From Andalucia godoyi And28 (Eukaryota > Protista > Jakobida): 64,000 nt of DNA. The DNA lies in the NCBI GenBank assembly GCA_009859145.1, contig VRVR01000013.1, positions 210,786 through 274,785 of the forward strand, written 5' to 3'. The notes below the pieces were generated by a model. That model worked only from the letters and a program-made list of their open reading frames with translations, was not told the origin of the DNA and did not search any database. Positions 53,053 to 63,300 of this stretch are shown piece by piece. The position numbers and the translations under genes were made by a program. Numbering within the stretch: position 1 is the stretch's first letter; every line of letters begins with the position of its first letter.

Positions 53053-54933
53053 TCAGGCAGAGCGAATGGCCGCAGCAGCTTCTGCTCGCAACTTCGCAAT
53101 CTGTTCCGCAAGGATGCCATCCGCATCAATTACGTGCTGCTCGGGAAGTTGAGCAGCGGTGCCTTGTACGCCATCAATGTGTCGGAGAGACCCTGAGCGA
53201 GGGATGTCTTCGATCCACTCGCCATCATATCGTTGTCCGGCAGACATGTACACATACACGCCAGGGCCGTGCTTCAAATCACGGAACCAATGGCCTTCGT
53301 AGTAATCCCCGTTCGATTTGACGATTGTTCCAAATCCATTTCGTACGCCCTCGAACCACTGGCCTTCGTATTTGTCCCCGTTGTGATAATAAAACGTGCC
53401 TTGCCCTTCTCGCAGACCCTTGTGAAACTCGCCTTCATAGATCTCGCCCGATTCGTAATATTCTGTCCCGTGGCGTTCGTAATAGCCCTCAACAAACCCA
53501 CCTTTGTATATCCGGATCCAAGCATGAGCGTTCTTTGGATGCTTCTTGAATAACACTCCCTGTCCGTGCCTCTTTCCGTTCTTGAACTGGCCTTCATACT
53601 TGAGATCTCCTGCTATTTCTGTGCCCTGTCCATGTTTAGAGTTTTCGTTCCATTGTCCCTTGTAGATTGTCTTTTGCGGTCCGCCGTCACTTCCAATCTT
53701 GCGTGAACGTGTTGGAATAAAGACTGCCGCATGCGATCCATGTTTCCTTGCTAGAACGTCCCTCTTCTTCCAAAGCCTGCCTTCCGCATCTCTTGGAAAT
53801 GGTCTTTCCATCGAGCTGAAGCCATAGCCAGACCCTCGTGCAGACAAATATGCTTCGGCAGCCGCATCATCACCGGGAAGATCATTTAGTAGCTCCTCCT
53901 CCTGGTCGGCAGCCGCATGTCTGTACGTTGCTTGGAACACAGATTCGAGTTGCTGAAGCCGTTCCTCTTCTTCAGTGGCAGGAGCTCCGTCCGCCAAATG
54001 TATCCCGGAATATGAACCTCCTGCGCCTCTTCCATTCCCTCTGGCAACCTGTTCACGCAAAGCATTGAGTTTTGCAACATCTTGTCCATACTGTGTGAGT
54101 TCTCTGGACGGTTGGGCATCGACTGCAAACTGGCGCACTGCTCGGAGTCCATTCACCAGAACGTCGTAAGACTCGTGGTAAAATGCACTAGTTGGAGGAA
54201 GAGCCGCAATGACAGTGGTAAGATATGGAGTTGGATTCATGATGATGCTCTTTGTGATCTGCGAAGAATGCAGCTCTGTCGAAAGCGCTGCTGTTCCCTT
54301 CTTGACATCCACGAGTCGGATTTCACCGCATCGAATGTACTCGGGAGTTGCTGCGTCGTACACTGAAACTCGAATGGCAATCGCGGAGTGCCATGACTCC
54401 TGAGCATGCGTAGCGGCTTCATCAAACGAGTCGAACAAGTCATCTGCGGTGGGACACTCTCGAAACGAACAGCGGTCGATTCCCTTAACTCGGATCTCCT
54501 GGCCTTGCGAAGGAGCCAGAAGATCATGGAAGCGCGTTGAGGCGCCCTGCGTATGAGTCTGGTACGCCGAGAACTCCACACGTGCAGAAATGTGCTTTTC
54601 AGCAATCTCATCATAGATATCCGACACAAGTCGAGAGAATGCTCCGGGATCTTCGTACGTCCCATACATCCAGTTCATTGCATTCAGATACACGAATGCC
54701 GATGAAAATCCCTGAAACAAAAGATCGATCACTGGATAAACGGTCTGCTCATAAACCTCTTCCTGATGCGGAGACCCAGAAAAGACGCAGTCAACGTCCA
54801 CGACTTCAGAGGCATTCGATCTGTATATAGCTATTTGTGTGCGCGACAGCTCCAAAGAAAGCTCGACATTGTCCTTGATTTCCTCCGGAGTCGGGGCCCG
54901 CACAACCACACAAGACCGTATATGCGACTCCAT
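53053..54933 (-). CDS. Degenerate kinesin-motor-like domain fused to MORN3-like repeats
   Basis: N-terminus follows kinesin order (IRSCVVVR, DCVF...QEEVYEQTVYPVIDLLFQGF, VEFSAYQ, FHDLL, EIRLVD) without GxxGxGKT, SSRSH or DLAGSE. C-terminal YEGxWxxGxRxGxG repeats end in a MORN3-like IDADGILAE. Confidence 0.8.
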   Translation of the reverse strand: MESHIRSCVVVRAPTPEEIKDNVELSLELSRTQIAIYRSNASEVVDVDCVFSGSPHQEEVYEQTVYPVIDLLFQGFSSAFVYLNAMNWMYGTYEDPGAFSRLVSDIYDEIAEKHISARVEFSAYQTHTQGASTRFHDLLAPSQGQEIRVKGIDRCSFRECPTADDLFDSFDEAATHAQESWHSAIAIRVSVYDAATPEYIRCGEIRLVDVKKGTAALSTELHSSQITKSIIMNPTPYLTTVIAALPPTSAFYHESYDVLVNGLRAVRQFAVDAQPSRELTQYGQDVAKLNALREQVARGNGRGAGGSYSGIHLADGAPATEEEERLQQLESVFQATYRHAAADQEEELLNDLPGDDAAAEAYLSARGSGYGFSSMERPFPRDAEGRLWKKRDVLARKHGSHAAVFIPTRSRKIGSDGGPQKTIYKGQWNENSKHGQGTEIAGDLKYEGQFKNGKRHGQGVLFKKHPKNAHAWIRIYKGGFVEGYYERHGTEYYESGEIYEGEFHKGLREGQGTFYYHNGDKYEGQWFEGVRNGFGTIVKSNGDYYEGHWFRDLKHGPGVYVYMSAGQRYDGEWIEDIPRSGSLRHIDGVQGTAAQLPEQHVIDADGILAEQIAKLRAEAAAAIRSA

Positions 54934-55334
54934 GACTACGTACACGATTTTCGCGGGAAATTAAAAACATGAAAATAATTATTATTATAAACTGAAAGAA
55001 GTAAAAAATATATAAACAAATTAGAACAAATAAAATATAGGAAAAACCTTTTCCACGAATTGTCGGTTTGGCCAACCTGACTTAGCATCAAGCCAAAGAA
55101 ATCAGAAGCCAGACTTTATTGCGTTTTATTTCATAGGATTCCAAACAGTTTCGTCAAGATAATTAAAATGAAATAAAACGCAATAAGAACAGTTCAAAAG
55201 TTTGCCAACGGCACGCACCCCAAGTTTGAAGTTTGCTCGTTTTATTAATTTTCTTTCTGTTTCATTTTTTTCTTTCTTTCTTCATTTTGACTTTTGTTAC
55301 TGGTTTTTGAATTCGAAGCTGTGAGCCAGGAATT

Positions 55335-55695
55335 ATGGCGGAAACACGTATTCGGGCTCTTCAAGAAGAGTTCTCCGAGTTGCAGCGGCAGCATGATGAA
55401 ACGAAGCGGTTGTTTCTCGAATCGTGCATTTTGGTCGATCATTTGCGAGAGGCCAGTAGGAAAAAGGATGCTAGAATTGCAAAGCTGGAAGCGGATCTTG
55501 CGCGAATGTATGATGAGCACCAAATGGAGCTGCAGGTTGTGCAAGAGGAAAAGAACACAGAAGGTATGTCACCATCTCGCTTGCTCTTTTTTCCTTTAGT
55601 TTGTTGCGTGCAATATCAAATTGGGGGGTTGGTTTTTGGGTTGATCGTGGTTTTTGCCAGTCGCTTTTGTTGCTTACTTTAATTTGATTTGATTT

Positions 55696-55729
<34 letters not shown>

Positions 55730-56953
55730 CATTTTATTTTTAATTTTATTATTATCATTAATTACTTGATCATTTGATTGTCTGCAGAGTCCCACATTCA
55801 TCACAACTTGCGAAAGCTGCAGTTGGAGATTGAGCGATTGCAGGACGAGAACTCCGTGTTGCAAGGATATGAGGAAGAAAACGGAGTTCTTCGGAATATG
55901 GTTGATGAAATGCAGAGGAAGGTGGCGGTTATGGAAGAGGAGAATGCGAAAGGTAAGAGCCTGATGCAACAGGAAGTGTCTCGGATTCGAACCGTCCTTG
56001 AATCTGAGTACAAGTCCATGTTAAAGGAGTTTGAAAAGCAGTCTCGTGCGAATGCTGAAAAGACAGTGTATCAGGAATCTGTGACAGCTGCCGATCGGTC
56101 GCAGCAGCTATCGCAAGCCTTGACAAAACAAAATGAGAACTTGGAAGACTTGCTGAAAAGATTTGTGCGCATTGAGCAGGACTATGATCGTCTAAAAACT
56201 GAGAGAGATCTTGATCAAGGTCAGTCCGAAATGCATGCGCAGATGTATGTTCAGTTAAAGAGCAAGCTGAACGCCTCAGAGCAACGAGTTGCCGACCTTG
56301 AGCAGTCCTTGCAGTCCACTCGGGTTGAGAGGTCGTCGGTGGAGCTGTTGTTTGCCGAGAGAGAGGCCCTCATTGCGGAACGAGAATCACTGAAGGCACG
56401 GCTGGACAAGTCAAAGGATCGAGCTCGAAAGTGGAGGTCCATGTATGAAGAGTGTATTAAGAATTCTGGACCGACTACTCCGTCTTCTCCTTTGAAAGAC
56501 AAGAGAAGCGCATCCAGCCACTCAGAAGTCCGAGAGTCCGTGGACGACGACAACGTTTCCTTCATCCTTCCGAAACCTTCCAAGAACGATGTGTTGAGAG
56601 CGCGGTATGAAAAGAAGATGCAGCAGGAAATGCAAGAAAAGTCTTCCGTTTTGCGATCGATTTGGAACTCGTCGATGATTCATGTTCCCTCTGTTGAAGT
56701 GCCAGCGCAACAAGAGGACAGTGGCCATCTTCTCAGATCGACATCGCCACCTTCCCAATCCGAAGGTGAGAAAACCCGAATGTACGAACAACAATCGATT
56801 CCGGTATCACTGGCTGCAAAGCAGCTGGATTCTGAGCTGAGCGTTTTGAGCAAACATTCCGGGAAGCGACAACGCGTGCTTGAGAACAGAGAGAAGTTGT
56901 CCGCATCCAGCGCTCAACGGTTTGGTCTTTCTGGAGTCAGTCTTCAAAAGTAG
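55335..56953 (+). CDS. Coiled-coil protein; join(55335..55563,55788..56953)
   Basis: Both exons are E/K/L/Q heptad-rich; splicing gives KNTEE|SHIH in frame. Confidence 0.72.
55564..55787 (+). other. Spliceosomal intron (224 nt) containing a (GAT)n run
   Basis: AG|GTATGT donor, TGCAG acceptor, AT-rich interior, frame-restoring. Confidence 0.8.
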
Positions 56954-57299
56954 ACGCCCATCGAGGTCCGCGTGTATCATTCAATTTACAATGTGTGCTA
57001 TTTATTAATTTATGCATTAATTTGTTTGTTTGTTTGTTTGTTTGTTTATTTGTTTATTTGTGTAACCATAATAAAAAATAAATCGAAGAGGAAGAATTCG
57101 GACCGACATCTGTGCTTTCATGCTATCTGCACTCGACTCGGATGCTGCGACAAATCACCTCCCAAAAACGGCCGAAAATGCGGAGGTCGTCTGTTTGCTT
57201 CCCGCAGCATTCTGATCAGTTATCTGCCTGTCCATCTGTCTTGTCTGTCCGGGGGTTGTTTTGTCTCGGGCAGCAGGATTTCATTTTTCTTGTGCGACT

Positions 57300-59126
57300 A
57301 TGGCCACGCTTTCTCGGGAACATGCCTCACGAGCCATTTGCTGTCGTGCCTTTCTGCTGTTCATTGTCGTCCGCTGTGCCAGTGCGAAACTCACGACATG
57401 GGGTGAGCTGTCTCGCATCACTGCTGCTGCGAATGGTCAAAAGGAAATTGCAACTTCGGAAGGTTCGCCGTACGAAACCGCTTACTTTACGCAACAACTC
57501 AATCATTTCGATCCTCTTGATACACGAACTTTTCAACAACAGTATTTTGTCGTGTCCGAGTATTCCCTTCCAAATGGCCCGTTGTTCATCCACATTGGTG
57601 GGGAGTCTACAAACTCCGCGTCGTTTCTGACAGCACCACAGTCATTTTTGAACGTGTATGCAAAGAAATATGGAGCATTGCTGCTTTCACCCGAACATCG
57701 ATATTACGGGAACTCTGTGCCGTTCTTCACAGTTACTGTTGAAAACTGGCAGTACCTGTCTGCGGATCAGGCGATCGAAGACCTTGCTTCGTTTACCGTT
57801 GCAATGAAGTCCATCTATGGTATTTCTGGAGACAGAAAGGTGATTTTGATAGGATGCTCATATCCAGGAACGCTCTCCGCTATGGCACGTGCAAAATATC
57901 CGTTTTTGTTCGACGGTGCAGTGGCAATGTCCTGTCCTCTGGAGGCAAAGAACAACTTTTTCGAGTATGCCGATCGGGCTGTTGCATCTCTTGCTCGGTT
58001 CACGTACGGATCTGTCGTGGATAACTGCGCTGTTGCGATCCAAAAGGTCTCCGTGTACATGCAGGGACTCGTGGACTCGGGACTTCCAGGTCTTCAGCAG
58101 CTGTTTCAAAACTTCAGTGCATGCGAAAACCCAGCGGATTTCGCCGGTGATCCATTTGATACTTTCCTTGCGATTTCTAATCTTGCACGGTATTACGTGG
58201 GATTTGTGCAGTATAACATTCCTGGTCGCGAAGAACTTTCATCGTTCTGCTCTAGCATTTTGAATGTTCCGTCTGCTGCAGATCCGTCAGCACCGACTCC
58301 ATTCGAGTATTACGTTCAATTCTTTGAACTGTACGTGCAAATGATGAGCCAAAATTCACAACAGTGTATTTCTGTGTTCCAGAGCTATGAAACGCTGGCT
58401 CCGTACTACAATTCGACCGTTACTCTTCCGAGCGATGTCGCCAACACATTTTCATGGTTGTGGCAAAAGGCTACCACGTTCGGTTTCATGAAGACTTCAG
58501 GAAGTCCTGCAAACTACTTGTATCCGAGTATTCTGGCGAATGCAGAGATGTTTGCAAAGCGCTCGGCGTACGCGTGGCACTTTCCGTCATTCGCATCCGG
58601 CGCCAATACTGCTGCGACAAACGTGCGTTTTGGAGACAGGAAGCTGTCGAATTTGAACTCAGTTCTCATTATTGGAGGCAAATACGACCCTTGGCAATCC
58701 TTGTCCGTTTCTTCTTCATTCAACAACTGCACACAGGTTGCGATTTATGATCGGTATGGTCATTGTGCCATGTATTCTGTGGATGCGCGGAACCCATCCG
58801 AGTATCCGGAGATGGTCAGCGTATTCTCAGCGTTTGATGCATTTATTGCTCAAGTCATCCAGTATGGGGCCCTGAGTTGTCTGTCAAATGTTCCATCTCC
58901 ATGTCCAGTTGTCACGGGGCAATGTATGCAGAATTCTGACAATGACAAGGTTGGCCTAACCTCTTTTATTATTGTCGCCGTATCTCTTTCTGTCGCCGTC
59001 GTTATTGCAGCGGCCGCAGCAGCATACTTTGCTGTGAAATCTGCCCGTCGGCCTGTCCGAAGGACGACTACAAACGTGTTCCGGGTCAGTGAGCAGCAGC
59101 CACTAATCACCTCTGGAAATATGTAA
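57300..59126 (+). CDS. Serine peptidase family S28 (PRCP/DPP7/TSSP-like) with C-terminal TM helix
   Basis: FTQQLNHFD, EHRYYGNS, YLSADQAIEDLA, nucleophile GCSYPG, DPW, GHC; hydrophobic N-terminus and C-terminal TM. Confidence 0.93.
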   Translation: MATLSREHASRAICCRAFLLFIVVRCASAKLTTWGELSRITAAANGQKEIATSEGSPYETAYFTQQLNHFDPLDTRTFQQQYFVVSEYSLPNGPLFIHIGGESTNSASFLTAPQSFLNVYAKKYGALLLSPEHRYYGNSVPFFTVTVENWQYLSADQAIEDLASFTVAMKSIYGISGDRKVILIGCSYPGTLSAMARAKYPFLFDGAVAMSCPLEAKNNFFEYADRAVASLARFTYGSVVDNCAVAIQKVSVYMQGLVDSGLPGLQQLFQNFSACENPADFAGDPFDTFLAISNLARYYVGFVQYNIPGREELSSFCSSILNVPSAADPSAPTPFEYYVQFFELYVQMMSQNSQQCISVFQSYETLAPYYNSTVTLPSDVANTFSWLWQKATTFGFMKTSGSPANYLYPSILANAEMFAKRSAYAWHFPSFASGANTAATNVRFGDRKLSNLNSVLIIGGKYDPWQSLSVSSSFNNCTQVAIYDRYGHCAMYSVDARNPSEYPEMVSVFSAFDAFIAQVIQYGALSCLSNVPSPCPVVTGQCMQNSDNDKVGLTSFIIVAVSLSVAVVIAAAAAAYFAVKSARRPVRRTTTNVFRVSEQQPLITSGNM

Positions 59127-59251
59127 AGTACGTGACGTTCCCAATTCTTGTTCCTCTCCTTTCCAGTTGCATCGTAAGGTTTCACCGAGCAAGTTGCCCG
59201 TGGAGCCGTCTGCCCCACGAAGACTTTTCTGAACTTTCTCGATCGAGCGAG

Positions 59252-59304
<53 letters not shown>
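59252..59304. repeat. (CAG)n/(CAGCAA)n microsatellite
   Basis: Tandem units read directly. Confidence 0.95.
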
Positions 59305-59392
59305 AATTTCAAAAACAGCATGAACACGGAACCAGCAGAACAGAATTGCACAGTGCACAGTCTGCCTGGGTTTTCCGTGGTAATGTTCATCG

Positions 59393-59785
59393 TCTACATT
59401 GTGCACTAACCACGGATAATCACTGCTGATCACCCGTAATCAGTGTTGCAACCCAACAGCATGCATATCATGATTGGCAAGGGGGTAGGCCCCAGCACGC
59501 CCCTCGGCATGAGAGACGTTCTTAAGATAGATGTTGCGTTGCGTAGACAATAAGAATAAGAAAATGAAATGAGCGTCGTTGTGCGAGAATGCAACGCGGC
59601 GGCGTGTCTATAGGGATTTCATGATCAAAATGGGGCGAAACGAATCGGGCATCGTGTGACGGAGTTGTTAACATAGCAAAAGCATGCGCATGCGCATGGC
59701 GCGTGGCAGTGTTTTTCTTTGCGTGCGCTTTAGAATGCTTCATCATAGCGCAGTGAGTGGTAACGGTACTACCAATATTTTTAAG
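59393..59785 (-). mobile_element. Non-autonomous IS607/Fanzor2 mini-element: left end joined to RNIYLKN codons and full omegaRNA-like right end
   Basis: Reverse complement reads left end (homologous to 33701-33941) then cgc aac atc tat ctt aag aac, GGGGCCTACCCCC and terminus CCGTGGTTAGTGCACAATGTAGA. Confidence 0.85.
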
Positions 59786-60118
59786 TTCAGGTTTGTCTGC
59801 CAAGTGATAACACGAAAATGTCGCCTGTCACTTGTGTCGGAGGAGTCCACGTCTAAAACGTGCGGCCGTTGCGGGGAAATCCATCGCAAGCTGCGTGGAA
59901 ACAAGGTATGCTTTGTTGTCCATCGTGCAAATGCACGCTCGACCGCGATTGGAACGGCGCGCGCAGCATCTACATCTATCCTAGGAACGTCTCTCATGCC
60001 GAGGGGCGTGCTGAGGCCTACCCCCCCCCTTCCCAATCATGATATGCATGCTGTTGGGTTGCAACATTGATTATGGGTGATCAGCAATGATTCTCCGTGG
60101 ACCAGTGCACAATGTAGG
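59783..60118 (+). mobile_element. 5'-truncated Fanzor2 pseudogene with omegaRNA-like right end
   Basis: VSEESTSKTCGRCGEIHRKLRGNKV / CCPSCKCTLDRDWNGARSIY (zinc finger + RuvC-III DRD), then GAGGCCTACCCC and terminus CCGTGGACCAGTGCACAATGTAGG at 60118. Confidence 0.92.
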
Positions 60119-60340
60119 CCTCGCAGTGTCCAAGCCCCGTTCTTCCTCCTGTTGTACACACGTCATTCTTTATTTTATATAAGCTGGAGGTTTTTATCTT
60201 TGCCAATTCGCACGCAAGTCTCGTCCGCGAAATTGAGCATTTTTGGTTTTCATTTTCTTCTTCATTTTTTCCCTTTCCCTTCATTCGTTCATTCATTCGT
60301 TGTTTTGCGAAGTACATGCACGGTAATTGCATTTGTCGCT

Positions 60341-63300
60341 ATGGCCGGAAGCGAAGCAGATAATGTCGTAGACCAGGTATCTGCGATTTTGGAAGATCTT
60401 CTTGACGAATCCGACACTTCGTCGAGAACGATTCCGGACCAGACGAAGATGCTGCTTCGAATTGCACGGATATTTGAAAAAGAGCGCTGCAACTACCTCA
60501 CTACTCATGGTGACTGTACAATCGACGCTGTTGACGACTACCCTCTGGGCCGACTAATAGAGCTAGTGAAGTCGTCTCAGGGGTTCATTGATTATCTCTT
60601 CATCCAGGTGCTGCTGAGGGAATTCGGCAACAATCCAAGCGAAGAAAATGTTGATTTTCTGTGTGCTGCACTGCGAGCTGCAGCGGCAATTGGCGAGTTT
60701 CATGACGACCTCTCAGAGTTTTTTCAGCAAAGTTTGCTGCAGAAATTGGAGTCGTGGATATGCGACAGCCTGTCAGCAAAACGTGCCTATTCATTTGCAG
60801 TTCTAGATGTGGTACTCGGTGCGGATGTGGATGCTGCGAATCACGTGAAGCAGTCTGAGCAATACTTGGATAGGATTGTGAAGTGTGTCACGGAGACGGT
60901 TTCCAATGAGAAGACGATGGAGCTCTTGTTGAGTACGACGCGGAAATCCAAAGCCCAGCGGTCTGCGCCTACGCTTACGAGGGAAGACATTTCCGACCGT
61001 CAGCTCGCCATTGTCGAGGTCTCCTCAATGCTTGGCTGTCTAAGATCGCTGATTAACAAGTCCGACACCATGAATCGCTATGCAACACCGCAGTTCGTGG
61101 ACAACATCCTGTCGCTGTTCAAGATCCCAGAGTTGATGTTCCTGATATCTGCGTATTCGTTTCTTGTCGACGTTATTCCGATTCGACGGTTCGCGAGTCT
61201 GTTTCTTGAAAAAGGGGGAATGTCTGTGTTACTTGATGCTCCGTTCCCGGAAGTTTTGCTGTCTCTTGCTGGTTCATGCGTCTCGTCCATCGTGCTGGAT
61301 ACGACTCTTTGTTCGAAACTCATTTCGATCAGCAGTCGCAACAAACTTCTCGACGTTGTGCATTTTACGGAAGCCTTGCTTCAATCAACGTCCCCTCACT
61401 CGAAATCCGCCGGATGTTCAATTGTGGAAGGGTTTTGCCATTGCAAGATTCTGTTGGACTTGTTCGACGATATGAATGGACTGGAGAGTGTGCTACGCGC
61501 GCTTCTTATGGGCGGTGATGATCTTTTGGACGAAGACCAAAATGACCAACTAGCTTCGGCCCTATCGTGTCTCAACGTGTATTTTCTTTCGCATCTCGCT
61601 TTGTTTTTGTTCCGAATATCGAACCCAAGACAACCGTGGCCGGTTGACAAGCCTATCGAAAATGGTCCAGAGGCTCGTAGGGCTGCATTCTCCGATTTGA
61701 GAAAGAACGCAGCCTCGGTTATTGCGGTTCTGAAGCGATTGGAATGGAAGCCTGTCGCTTTGTTTATGAAGCTGAACGGAGCGCAGATTCTTGTGGATAC
61801 TTTGAAGAAATGCAGAGTTTGGAGAGATCCGGATTTGGCGGAGGAAGTGGCACACGTATTGGAAATGATCACCATTGTCCCGTCTGTAAGGCCCGTCTTG
61901 TGTGCAATCCCCGAAGCGATCAGTTTACTTTTTGTTGGAATGGAGCGAGTTGTATATTTTTCCTACACGCTTGCGATTGCCTCGTTGCGAGTGTTGTCAA
62001 ATTGTATTTATGGTATCAGTGAACCGCCCTCGTTGCTGCAGCTCAGTGAGTGCAAACAGATATGGGATCATGTCCGAAGGAACGATGGAATTCGAGTTTT
62101 AATGTCCAGACTGCGCGCAAAGCTACCAATTGATGTCGTTTTTGAATTTCGTGCCCTTCTTTGCCAGTGCCTTCTCGGTATCTGTCGGGACTCTACAATT
62201 CGACAGATTCTTCGGCAACTGCGGATTACGGTTCTCATTGAGAGCCTCGACAAGGATGTTAACCTAACGCCCGGAAGGCAGAATAGAGAGGATTACGTTT
62301 TGTTCAAAAAGGTTTCTGTTAACTTGATTCAGGTTTTGACCAACCACAAGATTTCAGAAGAAGAATCGAACTCGATCTTTCGAAGACTTGAGAAGTCTTC
62401 GATTGTCGCCGCATCGCAAATTGATTATCCGGACCGCGAGCTATTGCAGTTGATTCAAGCGCACCTTATTTCCAAAGGTCTGGGCCAGGCAGCAGACGTG
62501 CTACGAGAAGAAGCTGGGCTCGTGGCAAATTCTGCCTGGGCGGAATCAGTGAAATCTCTGACGAGTTCCAATGTTACGACATCTTCACAACTGGGACTGT
62601 CGAGCGTGGCGCCATCTTCGCAGGCAGCAGTAGTAACCAGAACGCCGATACCAGTCAAAAGCCAGCTAGGCCGCTATTCTTCCCAGGCTTCCCAGGCTTC
62701 CCAGGCTTCCCAGGCTTCCCAATCTTCCCAGACATTAGATGTCAACGGGACTCCAGGTTCGAAAATCACGGTTCCTCTTTCGACCTCTCCGTTCCTCAGC
62801 CCCAGCCAGACTTTCGTCGATGGATCGCTTAGGAAGACGCTTAGTTCCCCGGCGTATGTTTCTGGAGTACCGCACTCGAATACCAAGATTGCCAGCATCC
62901 TTCCTGGAGTTCCTCTCGAACCTACTCCCCTAATGCTGAAGAAGCGTTCACCGATTCCGAAGCTCATTCATGACGAGATTCAACCCATTCCTATGACGAC
63001 TTTGGATGACTTCGCCACCGCTTCCGATTCGTCTGTGGTTCCGTTCGGCGATACTCTTGATCGCATTGTTCGGCACTATCTCAAGCAGCAGCATCGTCAC
63101 TGCAAGATCCCGATGTCCGCTCCTCCTACATTTTCTCTTGTGAAGCCTCATCGATGCCCGGAGCCACTAGACTTCGAATACGCGTCATCCAATCTCCTGA
63201 GCAGAATGCGAGCGAGCAGAGTCCGGGGTGTGCATGCGGGTTTTGGTGTTTCTCCGGAGCTTCGAAACTGGGGCAAGGAAAATCGGTCTTATGTATTTTC

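Noticed and set aside
59103-59433. Poly-Cys, poly-Leu and SN-repeat ORFs
   Set aside because: Artefacts of the CAG/CAGCAA microsatellite.
30518-60118. An intact, active Fanzor or IS607 recombinase gene
   Set aside because: Every piece is truncated, frameshifted or has stops; activity cannot be claimed from this window.
62682-62730. Direct repeats that might be CRISPR-like
   Set aside because: Contiguous 9-bp units with no spacers, in frame in DCAF1; no CRISPR array seen anywhere in the window.
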